NCBI GenBank assembly: GCA_963805085.1
Contig: CAWDTA010000004.1
Coordinates: 320,001 to 384,000 of the forward strand
Direction of reading: 5' to 3'
DNA length: 64,000 nucleotides
Source of the DNA: an uncultured Veillonellaceae bacterium
GTDB lineage: Bacteria > Bacillota > Negativicutes > JARBTT01
Position numbers and translations under genes: made by a program. Within the stretch, counting starts at the first letter, position 1. Each line of letters opens with the position of its first letter. Positions 1-9,890 of the stretch are shown one piece after another. The notes beneath the pieces are model-generated. The model was not told the DNA's origin and ran no database searches. It saw only the letters and a program-made list of their open reading frames with translations.

Positions 1-605
1 ACCAGCCATTGCCAATCTGGTGATCGGAGCTTCGGTTCCACCTGCAATCATAACATCTGCAGCATCTCTTTGAATGATTTTAAAAGCATCACCAATTGCA
101 TTGGTAGAAGAAGCACATGCAGAAACTATGCATTCGACGAATCCTTTTATCCCAAATTTGATAGCAATCGTTCCGGCTGCCATATTCGGTAACATCATAG
201 GAATAAGAAATGGGCTCACACGATTTGTTCCTTTTTGCAAAAGTGTATTATGCTGAGTTTCTAATGTTTCAAGCCCCCAATACCAGAACCAATCATGATA
301 CCAGTTCTACCACTTTGTTAACGTTATCTAGAATCTATTTCGGAATTCTCAACTGCCATTTGGGATGCAGCCATCGCATATTGTGAAAACCTATCCAATC
401 TTTTTATTTCTTTTTTTTCAATAAAATCATTAGGATTAAAATTTTTTATTTCAGCTGCAACTTTAGTCGGTAAATCACTTACATCTACTCTTTCAACAAG
501 ACTAATTCCTGATTTACCAGCTTTAATTGACTGCCAAAAGGTATCTATATCTAACCCTAAAGATGTAACTGCCCCCATACCAGTAATAACAACACGTCGT
601 TTCAT
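1..605 (-). pseudogene. fabF: beta-ketoacyl-ACP synthase II, frameshifted, runs off window start
   Basis: N-terminus MKRRVVITGMGAVTSLG...RLDRFSQYAMAA. After indels near 270-335 the sequence continues in other frames as [12 protein letters not shown] / [15 protein letters not shown] / [13 protein letters not shown] / AGGTEA. Real decay or sequencing error cannot be distinguished. Confidence 0.85.
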
Positions 606-756
606 TTATTTTTCCTCCAATATTCGGCATCATTGCCGTTAACTTTCTAAATCATCTTTATTGACGAATCTTTTCTAAGGTTAACATATATTACAGAGCA
701 AAAATGAACAACTATTGCTTTTCTCAGAAACAATGCATTCCAATTATAATAAATAA

Positions 757-838
757 AATAAGCCTAAAAAACTACTGATATGTAATATGCTCCCCCTAAA
801 GTGGCAGTTTTTATTATTTCAACTGTCTTCTTTAAGGA
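757..838. repeat. Left half of a palindromic target element split by the composite transposon (right half 12396-12437)
   Basis: TAATATGCTCCCCCTAAAGTGGCAGTT (783-809) pairs imperfectly with AACTGTCTTCTTTAAGGA|GAGCATATCA. AATAAGCCTAAAAAACTAC (757-775) pairs with GTAGCTTTTCGGACTTATT (12419-12437). Confidence 0.75.
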
Positions 839-2438
839 CAATGTCATTAAGTTAAGCAAAATAGAATGTTTACATCGATAAAAGTAGATGTAAACATTCT
901 ATTTTTATATTTGCTAGTCATATAAAAAAACACTTGACAAATAGTCGAAAATTTGCGGCTCCGCCCTTGAAATATAAAGTTTCTAGGGAGGAACACATAT
1001 GAAACCAACTGAAGTAAAAGAAATACTTTCACACATAATAAGTACTATATCAGATGATCCATCTGATTTTTTGCAAAATCCATCAAAGGACTTTACAAGG
1101 AATCGAAAACTATCATTTGAAACAATTATTAAAATGATGATTGGCATGGGCGGAAATAGCTTATGTAAAGAAATATATGATTGGTTCAATTATGCAGAAG
1201 ATACCGCATCTGTTTCTGCCTTTGTTCAACAAAGGCAGAAAATTTCATCTAAAGCTATGGAATATATTTTTAGAGAAATGGTTAAACAATGTGACGAGCG
1301 GATTTTATTTAAAGGATATCGTCTTCTTGCTGTAGATGGGTCTGATATAAGATTACCTAAAAATAAAAATGACGATAATTCTCATATCAAAAATGATGAT
1401 AATACTAAAGGATATAATCTTCTTCATCTTGATGCTATGTATGATTTGATGCGACATAATTATGTTGACGCTTCAATACAAAGTAAAAAAGGTATGAATG
1501 AACATAAGGCTCTGGTATCAATGATTGAAAAATCTGAAGCAACTGGAAGTGTTATTGTTATAGCTGATAGAGGATACGAATCTTTTAATAATATTGCTCA
1601 TTTTCAAGAAAAGAATTGGAATTATATTATACGTTCGAAAGAATCCTACGGTATTAAATATGAAAATCCTGATAGTGATGAATTCGATAAAGAAACCACC
1701 ATCACCCTTACTCGGAGAAAAACGAAAGATACAATAGCATTGATTAAAGAAAATCCTGATAGATATCGTTGGATTCAACCTCATACAACGTTTGATTACT
1801 TACTGTCTAGAGAAAATGAGATGTATGATTTGAAATTTAGAATTGTTCGATTTAAAATTTCAGATACCACTTATGAAACGTTATTCACAAATTTACCTGC
1901 GAATGAATTTCCTGCTGAAGTTTTGAAAGAACTATATAAAATGCGATGGGGTATCGAAACTTCATTCAAAGAATTAAAATATGATGTTGGATTAGCCAGC
2001 ATTCATAGTAAAAAGCAAGATTTTGTACTTCAAGAAATTTTTTCAAAGTTAATTATGTACAATTTTGCAGCTTTAATATCTTATCAAGTAGAACATCCAA
2101 AAGATAAAAGAATCAATTTCGCTAGAGCGATACATTTTTGTTATCAGTATTTTAAAGGCAAAATTTCTGAAAGAAGTCTTTTGAAAATTGTGCAAAAATT
2201 TATGTCTCCAATACGTCCTGGCAGAGTATTTGAAAGATATCAAAATATTAAAAAGGCTGTCGGGTTTGCATATAGAATTTCTTAACAACAACTCTTCATA
2301 TCTGCATGTTGTACAGATGGCTTATAACGTCATCTGCTTTTGGTATGTTTAAATCATAAAAATGGTGAACACTTATCATAGCGTTCACCATTTTTTGATA
2401 CATTAACCTGCTCTTAATTACTTAACTTAATGACATTG
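839..2438 (+). mobile_element. IS4-family insertion sequence (element A)
   Basis: Perfect 18-bp terminal IRs CAATGTCATTAAGTTAAG (839-856) and CTTAACTTAATGACATTG (2421-2438) around a DDE transposase. Confidence 0.92.
999..2285 (+). CDS. IS4-family DDE transposase
   Basis: Motifs LLAVDGS, IADRGY and the YREK signature Y-x2-R-W-x-IE-x2-F-x2-LK (YKMRWGIETSFKELK). RBS GGGAGG. Confidence 0.93.
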   Translation: MKPTEVKEILSHIISTISDDPSDFLQNPSKDFTRNRKLSFETIIKMMIGMGGNSLCKEIYDWFNYAEDTASVSAFVQQRQKISSKAMEYIFREMVKQCDERILFKGYRLLAVDGSDIRLPKNKNDDNSHIKNDDNTKGYNLLHLDAMYDLMRHNYVDASIQSKKGMNEHKALVSMIEKSEATGSVIVIADRGYESFNNIAHFQEKNWNYIIRSKESYGIKYENPDSDEFDKETTITLTRRKTKDTIALIKENPDRYRWIQPHTTFDYLLSRENEMYDLKFRIVRFKISDTTYETLFTNLPANEFPAEVLKELYKMRWGIETSFKELKYDVGLASIHSKKQDFVLQEIFSKLIMYNFAALISYQVEHPKDKRINFARAIHFCYQYFKGKISERSLLKIVQKFMSPIRPGRVFERYQNIKKAVGFAYRIS

Positions 2439-2645
2439 ACTTCCTGGTGCACACCAAAAGCCATCATAATTACCAATATTTCTAATTTGCAACTGCTCTT
2501 CTAGAGATTCCGTAGATAACCATTGTATTTCTACATTAACACCTAAATTATCTGCACAATGCTGTAACGCATCATTTGTCGCCTTGTGTGATGGCCGTTT
2601 CAAATCGAGATCGCCAATTACTCCTATTCTTATTAAACTACTCAT
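2439..2645 (-). pseudogene. CTP-synthase-like class I glutamine amidotransferase, truncated by IS element A
   Basis: IRIGVIGD...SHKATNDAL...QWLST...YDGFWCAPGS, broken exactly at the IS right IR (2438). Confidence 0.75.
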
Positions 2646-2894
2646 TTCAATCTTCCCCCAGTTTTATTCTCAAATTTCAAGGACGGGTAGGGACGTCAGA
2701 CTGTACAAAAACGCTGTACCCAATAAATCAAAAACTAAAAAGTGGCGGATAAATATTAGTTTTAAGTTCATATTGGGGCTATTTATCCCAAAATATAGGC
2801 CATTTATGTAGTAAAGTGGGAGAATTAAAAATAAAAAAATAGTTTTCGCACACCCCGACGCCCCTTCTTAACCAAAAACCTACACTAATCTAGA

Positions 2895-3064
2895 AGACAA
2901 GGTGACGGTTCTTCCTGTCTTGTTTTTTTATACCGTACTTACCTCGTAGCACCTTTTCCGAAGACAGTACCTCCACCACTTCGCCCTCCTCAACCTGCCA
3001 TCGCTTTTTGATATTAAATTTACATATTCTCATAAAAGCTCAAAATTCCTGCCAAATTCATACA
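2895..3064. repeat. 170-bp direct repeat, copy 1 (copy 2 at 9541-9710), beginning with a REP-like palindrome
   Basis: AGACAAGGTGACGGTTCTTCCTGTCT...AAATTCATACA; 3 mismatches between copies by eye. Confidence 0.92.
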
Positions 3065-3452
3065 GAATTCTACAGGAGTTTCCTTTTTAGTATTTATACG
3101 ATAACCCCCATATATTTCATGGTTTCGCTACCTCGTAAATTCACTCATACTATAAAATCCACGCAATTTCTATAATTTTAGTCCCCAGATTGTTCCCCAA
3201 AGACTAGTATAGTTCCACTTTTTTCTTCCAGTACATGCCATTAAAAAACACAATTTTTAGCTTCTGATCCCATACGTTATATGCCTTCAGGCCTCTTTCA
3301 CTTTTCTCCCATGTCATGCTACACTGTATAATCGAACGTCAAGGTAGGCATTAATCAATAATTTACTGAATGTCTATTTTAAACGTCAATCAAAATCACC
3401 CCGAACCCCTAGAAACACTTGTTTGGGCACTATACCTTCTGCTACATTTTCA

Positions 3453-3492
3453 CTGTACAATTAATTAATATGATTATTATTTAATTGTACAG
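3453..3492. terminator. 12-bp inverted repeat downstream of the YczE-like gene
   Basis: CTGTACAATTAA ... TTAATTGTACAG. Confidence 0.4.
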
Positions 3493-3548
3493 GTTGAATT
3501 AGACTATGATTTTACTTATTTGATGATATTTCACTCACTACATGACAA

Positions 3549-4190
3549 TTAAATTTCAATAATTTGCTTTAGCGGTTCCATTTTCTTGAACCATTTGACC
3601 AACATACCGACAAACAGCGCAGCGGCTATTGTTCCGGTTCCTATGTCGGTCAATGTATGGTATAAGGTAATTGAGCCAATAACTGCAATCACAACCATTG
3701 TACAGTCCATAATAATTTTGATGCAGCTGTATTCTAAATCGCTGACTTTGGTTATAGCAACTAACATGGCATCCGGTGCAAGCATTAATAAATCAGCTTC
3801 CAAAAGTAAGTAGATTCCGAAAGCAAGACAAACAATACCTAATACACACAAGGCTACTTGCAGCCATAAGATATTGTCCGGGATACCGCTCAATAAGGAA
3901 AGTGTAAAATCTGTGAGTTTGCCATAGATAAAACCGACAACCAGCTGCAGCAACTGTAACAACTGAAAATCTTTACGTAAAATGATGATCTGTACAACCA
4001 CACAGGCAGACAACATAATCCACATAACAGTTCCTATCGAAACGCCAAGTGAATCACTGAAAACTGCTGGACAGACTCCAAGTGGCGATGTACCTAACTT
4101 TGCCTTTAAGGAAAGACTTACTCCTAAAGCAGCAAAAAATAAACCTACAAGCATAACAAAATTTTTCAATATCATTGTTTTCTTAAGCAC
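3549..4190 (-). CDS. YczE/YyaS/YitT-family membrane protein
   Basis: Duplicated hydrophobic halves with motifs ALGVSLSLKAKLGTSP and IGTGTIAAALFVG. Confidence 0.8.
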   Translation of the reverse strand: MLKKTMILKNFVMLVGLFFAALGVSLSLKAKLGTSPLGVCPAVFSDSLGVSIGTVMWIMLSACVVVQIIILRKDFQLLQLLQLVVGFIYGKLTDFTLSLLSGIPDNILWLQVALCVLGIVCLAFGIYLLLEADLLMLAPDAMLVAITKVSDLEYSCIKIIMDCTMVVIAVIGSITLYHTLTDIGTGTIAAALFVGMLVKWFKKMEPLKQIIEI

Positions 4191-4259
4191 ACACTACATC
4201 CTTTCACATACTATTTTTTCTTAGTTTCTCACTTTCTGCGCATTGACATTATTATACTA

Positions 4260-4308
4260 CCAGTCTTTGGAATAAATTTCAATTATTTAAATTTATTCCA
4301 AAGACTGG
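4260..4308. promoter_or_regulatory. Perfect 20-bp inverted repeat in a divergent promoter region
   Basis: CCAGTCTTTGGAATAAATTT-N9-AAATTTATTCCAAAGACTGG. Confidence 0.6.
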
Positions 4309-4320
4309 CGAAAACGATAG

Positions 4321-5249
4321 CTGTATATGATAATGAACGTTTGATTATTAAAATTTGTAAACTTTTTTTACGAGGAACACAAAACGTAGAAAGAAATCTC
4401 CGATATATTGAAAATCTCGAAATCACAGATTTCCCATATGATAAATTATGCAAAAAATAAAGGAATTGTCACTTTTAAATTTACAATCCTTATAAAAAAA
4501 GAATTCACGCTGGAAAAAATGTTGGCGGATAAATATCATTTAAAAGAAGTTTCCGTATATGATCTGGACTATTCCGCGGAGGAAGACGGACAAAATAGAT
4601 TTGGCGCTTATTGTGCCGAGCAACTCGAAAAATATATTTCTGACAACATGGACATTGGCATCATGAGTGGGAAATCATCTCGTCCATTGCCATGCATATT
4701 ACGAAACAGCCAAAAGAAGGACTGCATTTTATACCTCTAGTCGGCAGCTTCAAAAGCAATGGAGCCGATTATCATGCAAATATGATTGCGCGGCAGTTTG
4801 CTGAAAACGCCACCGGTTCGTATAGCATTCTGAATGTGACAGCTACTATTGGAATCTGAAGAAACATACCAATAGAGCCATCCATTCAACAAATTCTTTC
4901 TTTGGGTAACGCTTGCGATGTTTCCATCATCGGAATTGGTGAAATCAGTCTGGACTCGCAAGAATATACCAGTGAAGCCTATGCATCAGCTGATTAAAAA
5001 AAATTAAAACAGTTGGAAGTGGCATGTATTATGTGCACTTCTTATCTTGCGAAAGACGGAACGATTATGCCCACACCTCTCGATCAACGTACGATTGGCA
5101 TCCGAACAAATGAACTTCATCATGGAACGGTTATTGCCTGTTCGGGCAGTACAGCTAAAATATTAGAAATCAATGCAGCTTTACAAAGTGGTTATATTGA
5201 TGTGTTTATGACATCTCAAGAGATTGCAGAAGAACTTGTATCCCTTTAA
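4321..5249 (+). pseudogene. SorC/DeoR-type sugar-binding transcriptional regulator, fragmented
   Basis: HTH region (LIIKICKL..YEEHKT*KEISDILKISKSQISHMINYAKNKGIV) and C-terminal sugar-binding segment (RTIGI...AALQSGYIDVFMT) split by stops and frameshifts. Confidence 0.75.
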
Positions 5250-5520
5250 AGCCCTTACATCGCTCTTTTTATAACTGCTTCTGTCACGAAACGACTATTT
5301 GCAATAAATAATCTACTCAAAAGTGTTACTTTAGTGTACATGGCACCAATGGCACGTACTATAACCGACGGAACCAGTTAAAAAGATTGTATACCAGCAT
5401 ACAAATATGTAAGTAATTTACATTAACAATGCATAGAATGACTACTCATCGCAGCAAAACCGAATTCATGTACCTTTACTCTTTTATATAGGAGCTGCAA
5501 TAATCCGAAAATTATGCTGT

Positions 5521-7716
5521 TCACTTTTGCGGAATAATAGGAAGCTGCAGATAGGATGGATGCATTGCCCCAGTAAAAATTGTATTGAGAGCTTCTTTTT
5601 GATATGTCGCATCTAGAGAATCAAAGCTGGGCTGCAGATCCAGCCGGATACGCCATCCTTTTTTGATGACGGCCGTAGTAGGCCAAATTTCCACCTCGCA
5701 TTCCACAATTTCTCCGGATGTAAGCGGCTGATAGTCTTCTTTCAAATGAGTATAGTAAGGACGATAAATTGTGGTTTTTTCAATATCCTGCTTTCTATGG
5801 GAAACTTTAAGTGCCCCTTGAGCCATTGGATACACATTACCTCCAGCAAAAGCCCTACTTGTACTCGATTCAATCGCATACGGAACTTCTTTATTATTTT
5901 CGTCCATTACCCGAATGACTGCCTGAATCGCCATGTCGTAGGAAGTAGACGCCACCCATAATCCTAACTTTGCATACCCGGCAATAAGGATATCTTCCGA
6001 CATGAAATCTGTCAGAAAACTAACCCCCTTTGTCTCGCCAGCCGCATAAGTTGCACTTTCCTCACTAGTCGGAATGGATTTTCCCATATGCAAACCAGCT
6101 GTAGCTACATTCAGATAATACTTCTCATATTGAGTTCTTTGGAGCGGCCATTCCGCTTCATTCTGCCAATAATAGCTTCCCCAGCCAGTACGCACCATCA
6201 TCCGGACTGTGGGTCGATCCATAATGCCGTTGTCTACTCCTTTGAGCCAATAGTCAAAGAATGCAATATGCTCTCGCACAAACTCAGGAGCATACATCCA
6301 AAAATGGATACCTGTTTCAGACAAAATAGTGAGCTTTTTATTTTGTGAAGCACTATGAATAAAGGCTTCGCTGCTTCCCCGAGTGTGCACAGGCATTTCC
6401 AGATTCATAACATCCCAAAAAGGAACAATGATCTTGTCAGGGTCAGGACTGATGCAAATACTGCCGTTCGGACCATATACAGCAGGATCGTAAAATTGAT
6501 TAGCTTTAGCAATGTTTAGCCAGTCAATCCCCTGCCACTCGTCGCAGCAAATTTTGGCAATAAACCCAAATTCATTGTACAGCCCCCCACCGCTATAAAC
6601 ATAATCACGATACGAATCTATATCCCCGGCTATTGGCATCATGGCCTTCAAACTCGGCGGCTGAAGCGAAGCTACATTGAGTGCATTCATCGCGTAATAG
6701 GAAGCACCATATAGTCCCACATTGCCATTTGACCAAGATGTCTGCGCCGCCCACTCAATGGCATCATAGTAATCCTGCGCCTCTTGCAGGCTAAACTGCT
6801 CGAACATCCCGGGCGTTTTACCCGTTCCACGGCCATCTATCCGAATGACCACATAACCGTTGGGAACCCAATCTGCCGTATTGGCCAATTCAAAATGTTC
6901 GCTTACATGGGGCAGTGCAGGATTTTGTGGGCTACCGGAGGGTGGTAACTGCGAAGGAGGAATTTTTCCAGCAATTTGACAATGAAATTGAATAAAGGGA
7001 GTTTCTACTTTTATTCCTTCAAAATAAGCATCTTCCATTTCTTCATGTTTCAGTAAATCTTTTTGAGAGCCGATGCATCCAAACCAAAAAGCTTTTCCAT
7101 ACCCGCCAAAGCTCATAATAACGGGATATTTCCCCTTTTTCGCGGGACGGTATACGTCAGCCAGAACATACGCCCCATCCCGTGTCGGAACTTTGACATC
7201 AGTCATCTTTCGGATGCCTAAAAGAGCTCGCCGCAGATGATTTCTCGCCTCCGCACCTGAGCGAAGTCTGGTTCCAATTTCGGCAAATAGCGCTTCGGCA
7301 CTGAGACCAAAAGTTTCCTCACTTTGGTCGAAACATACGTCATAACGATACTTCCCGATACAGTTTCTAATGACATCAGTGATTATAATACTTCTCTCAA
7401 TATTAGTAGCTGAATTCAAACTCTGAACAAACCTCGCCAAATTGGTTACTTTACGGTTGGAGATTTTTTTGATATCTCCGCCTACCTCGATCACGAGATG
7501 AGCGGGAGTAAGCAAGGCAGTGCCAAGCGCGGACCCCAGCACTAGTCCACGAATCGAAAAGGTAACCGTTTCACCACAGCGATAGTGGAATGCTCCATGC
7601 TCGTCGGTCATACCTGAAAAAGTCTGTGTTTGATACTCCAGTCCTTGCACAGGAGTGGAGTCAAAGATACCCGTGCGGATTTCTGTAGCTTTTTCCATAA
7701 TCATCATATCTCCCAT
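5521..7716 (-). CDS. CocE/NonD (peptidase S15) family serine hydrolase with extra ~165-aa N-terminal domain
   Basis: VPTRDGAYVLADVYRP, IDGRGTGKTPG, WSNGNVGLYGASYYA nucleophile elbow, and a C-terminal PepX-like jelly-roll (EVEIWPT...GWRIRLD...HPSYLQLP). Confidence 0.85.
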   Translation of the reverse strand: MGDMMIMEKATEIRTGIFDSTPVQGLEYQTQTFSGMTDEHGAFHYRCGETVTFSIRGLVLGSALGTALLTPAHLVIEVGGDIKKISNRKVTNLARFVQSLNSATNIERSIIITDVIRNCIGKYRYDVCFDQSEETFGLSAEALFAEIGTRLRSGAEARNHLRRALLGIRKMTDVKVPTRDGAYVLADVYRPAKKGKYPVIMSFGGYGKAFWFGCIGSQKDLLKHEEMEDAYFEGIKVETPFIQFHCQIAGKIPPSQLPPSGSPQNPALPHVSEHFELANTADWVPNGYVVIRIDGRGTGKTPGMFEQFSLQEAQDYYDAIEWAAQTSWSNGNVGLYGASYYAMNALNVASLQPPSLKAMMPIAGDIDSYRDYVYSGGGLYNEFGFIAKICCDEWQGIDWLNIAKANQFYDPAVYGPNGSICISPDPDKIIVPFWDVMNLEMPVHTRGSSEAFIHSASQNKKLTILSETGIHFWMYAPEFVREHIAFFDYWLKGVDNGIMDRPTVRMMVRTGWGSYYWQNEAEWPLQRTQYEKYYLNVATAGLHMGKSIPTSEESATYAAGETKGVSFLTDFMSEDILIAGYAKLGLWVASTSYDMAIQAVIRVMDENNKEVPYAIESSTSRAFAGGNVYPMAQGALKVSHRKQDIEKTTIYRPYYTHLKEDYQPLTSGEIVECEVEIWPTTAVIKKGWRIRLDLQPSFDSLDATYQKEALNTIFTGAMHPSYLQLPIIPQK

Positions 7717-7764
7717 AAATTTTCGAAACTAATTTGTTTTTTCCACATTTAATTCCAATACTTC

Positions 7765-8742
7765 TTAGATTCCAATATTAGGTGGATTTCCAAGAAGTTT
7801 CTGACCTTCCTTGATAATTGATGAAATAATGTCTTTTACCGGCCTTATTTCATCAACTAAAGCAACAATCTGACCAGCCATAACAGCGCCTTCGTTTTCC
7901 ACATCGCCTTCAATCATTGCTTTTTTCAATGAACTTTCCGCCACTGTTTTTAATTTTTCCGCGGCTTCAATTTTAGGGTATTTTGCTTCAATATCTAAAA
8001 TACACTCAGAAAGTTTATTCGCCAACTGTCGACACGCTTCTCCGGTTGTGTTACCGGTAATTACCGTACTCATATCTTCGGCGTCAATCACCGCTTGCTT
8101 AACATTCGGATGAATATTAGCCTCTTTGGCCGCCATAAATATGGTTCCCATCTCAATACCTGATGCACCAAGCATAACCGCTGCTGCCAGTCCTCGACCG
8201 TCAGCAATGCCACCTGAAGCCACGAGCGGAGCCTTTATTTTATCGGCCGCCTGAGGCATAAGAACCATTGTTGACTCAAACGTGACATGACCGCCCCCTT
8301 CCCATCCTTTGACGATTACAACATCAGCACCCGCCGCGTCCGCAACCAATGCATCTGCCATATGACTGGCCTTGATCACGACTTTAATGCCATATTGATG
8401 CCAAATATCCACATATTTCTTGGTAAACTTTATTTCCATTCCTGACAACGTATCCGCATAAATCACCGGCGTCTGTGTTTCAATCGCGATTTGGGTAATT
8501 TGGTCAATCGTCCCCAGACCTGGAACCATGAAGATATTGATTGCGAAAGGTTTACTTGTTAACTTCTTAGTTTCGTAAATTTGATTCTTTACGAATTCGA
8601 GCGGTGCAAAGCCGACCCCTAACACTCCAAGCCCACCGGCCTCACTAACAGCGGCGACTAAGGACGCTGTGGCAATCCATGCCATTGGCCCCTGAATAAC
8701 TGGATATGAAATGCCTAGTGCTTTACATACTGGATTGTTCAT
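7765..8742 (-). CDS. Nitronate monooxygenase / FabK-like FMN-dependent oxidoreductase
   Basis: YPVIQGPMAW, LVAAVSEAGGLG, GWEGGGH, PLVASGGIADGRGLAAA..LGA.G..MGT.F, MAGQ. Confidence 0.87.
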   Translation of the reverse strand: MNNPVCKALGISYPVIQGPMAWIATASLVAAVSEAGGLGVLGVGFAPLEFVKNQIYETKKLTSKPFAINIFMVPGLGTIDQITQIAIETQTPVIYADTLSGMEIKFTKKYVDIWHQYGIKVVIKASHMADALVADAAGADVVIVKGWEGGGHVTFESTMVLMPQAADKIKAPLVASGGIADGRGLAAAVMLGASGIEMGTIFMAAKEANIHPNVKQAVIDAEDMSTVITGNTTGEACRQLANKLSECILDIEAKYPKIEAAEKLKTVAESSLKKAMIEGDVENEGAVMAGQIVALVDEIRPVKDIISSIIKEGQKLLGNPPNIGI

Positions 8743-8944
8743 TAAATACTCCTCCTTAAAAATAAACTTTTGAATTTTTTTGAATACTGTTATACTTAAA
8801 ATATTGAGTTTAATCCTCGATCCTCTTAAAATATTATATTTCAGCAGCTTATTTCGTACAATTAGTGATTTTTATGCCACCTAGTTACCTTTTTGACACT
8901 ATTAAATTGATTTGACTGGCGTACCGCAGAGGAGGGAATTATAT

Positions 8945-9316
8945 ATGAAAATCCTATATGATCCTGGTGATCGCCCATACGACTACTTTCATCGAGTGAT
9001 GGGCGGGAAATGGAAAATGTTTATTATCCGCGGGATTCACCAAAATGGATTTATTCGTTTTAATGAAGCGAAGCGAATATTAGGCGTATCCGGTAAATTT
9101 TTGCAACAACAGCTCCGCGACCTTGAACGAGACGGCATAATTGATCGCATTGTTTATCCTGTTATGCCCCCTCATGTTGAATATGTATTTACACCTGCCG
9201 GCAAAGAATTAGTACCAGTCCTTGACAGTATTTACGAATGGAGTACGAAAAGAATGCAGGAATTGCAGATACCTATTGCTCTCCTATCTCCCGTATACCA
9301 CAAAAAAACTGACTAA
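8945..9316 (+). CDS. HxlR-family winged-helix regulator
   Basis: GGKWK, RFNE, SGKFLQQQLRDLERDGII.R.VYPVMPPHVEY. ATG at 8945 follows GGAGG. Divergent from the NMO gene. Confidence 0.87.
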   Translation: MKILYDPGDRPYDYFHRVMGGKWKMFIIRGIHQNGFIRFNEAKRILGVSGKFLQQQLRDLERDGIIDRIVYPVMPPHVEYVFTPAGKELVPVLDSIYEWSTKRMQELQIPIALLSPVYHKKTD

Positions 9317-9409
9317 GCCTGATCTTCCGGCCGTCCTTCAAACAAATTCTATGCTAAATATAAATTGGTCATAATCAGCAGCATCGATCTAAATCGTAAG
9401 CGTCAAAAA

Positions 9410-9540
9410 GGCCGTTACCTTGACAACACCTGTTATAACTGGCACCCAGTCCTGGCCGTCATAGGGCTTGGTCAGATTTTTATCATTTTGCAGCCATTTG
9501 TGCAACGTACCTAGGCCAATGCCGTTTTCTCAACGCCACG
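9410..9540 (-). pseudogene. Possible IS66 TnpA (OrfA) remnant
   Basis: Minus strand reads ENGIGLGTLHKWLQ...QDWVPV, resembling the IS66 TnpA HTH and W-x-P-V motif. Confidence 0.35.
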
Positions 9541-9710
9541 AGACAAGGTGACGGTTCTTTCTGTCTTGTTTTTTTATACCGCACTTACCTCGTAGCACCT
9601 TTTCCGAAGACAGTACCTCCACCACTTCGCCCTCCTCAACCTGCCATCGCTTTTTGATATTAAATTTACATATTCTCATAAAAGCTCAAAACTCCTGCCA
9701 AATTCATACA
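9541..9710. repeat. 170-bp direct repeat, copy 2
   Basis: Near-identical to 2895-3064. Confidence 0.92.
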
Positions 9711-9890
9711 TTTTCCCAAAAAGTCATGTGTTTATATGGAACGTTTCAAAATACTGATTTACGACATTTTGGAACTATAAAATTATAAGTATTAAAATGT
9801 ATACATTTTAGTACTTATAATATAAATATTTAGCCCTCTGATTTAGAGGGCTTGAGTAATTTCACTATTTCAAATCTACTTTACTTTTTA

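Noticed and set aside
839-2438. Individual target duplications for each IS4 element
   Set aside because: The inner flanks (ACTTCCTGGT after A, ACATTTCTGC before B) match neither each other nor the outer flanks. Only the outer pair is duplicated.
3065-3450. Possible oriT, att site or small gene in the long non-coding stretch
   Set aside because: No convincing ORF, tRNA fragment or recognisable nic motif could be identified by eye.
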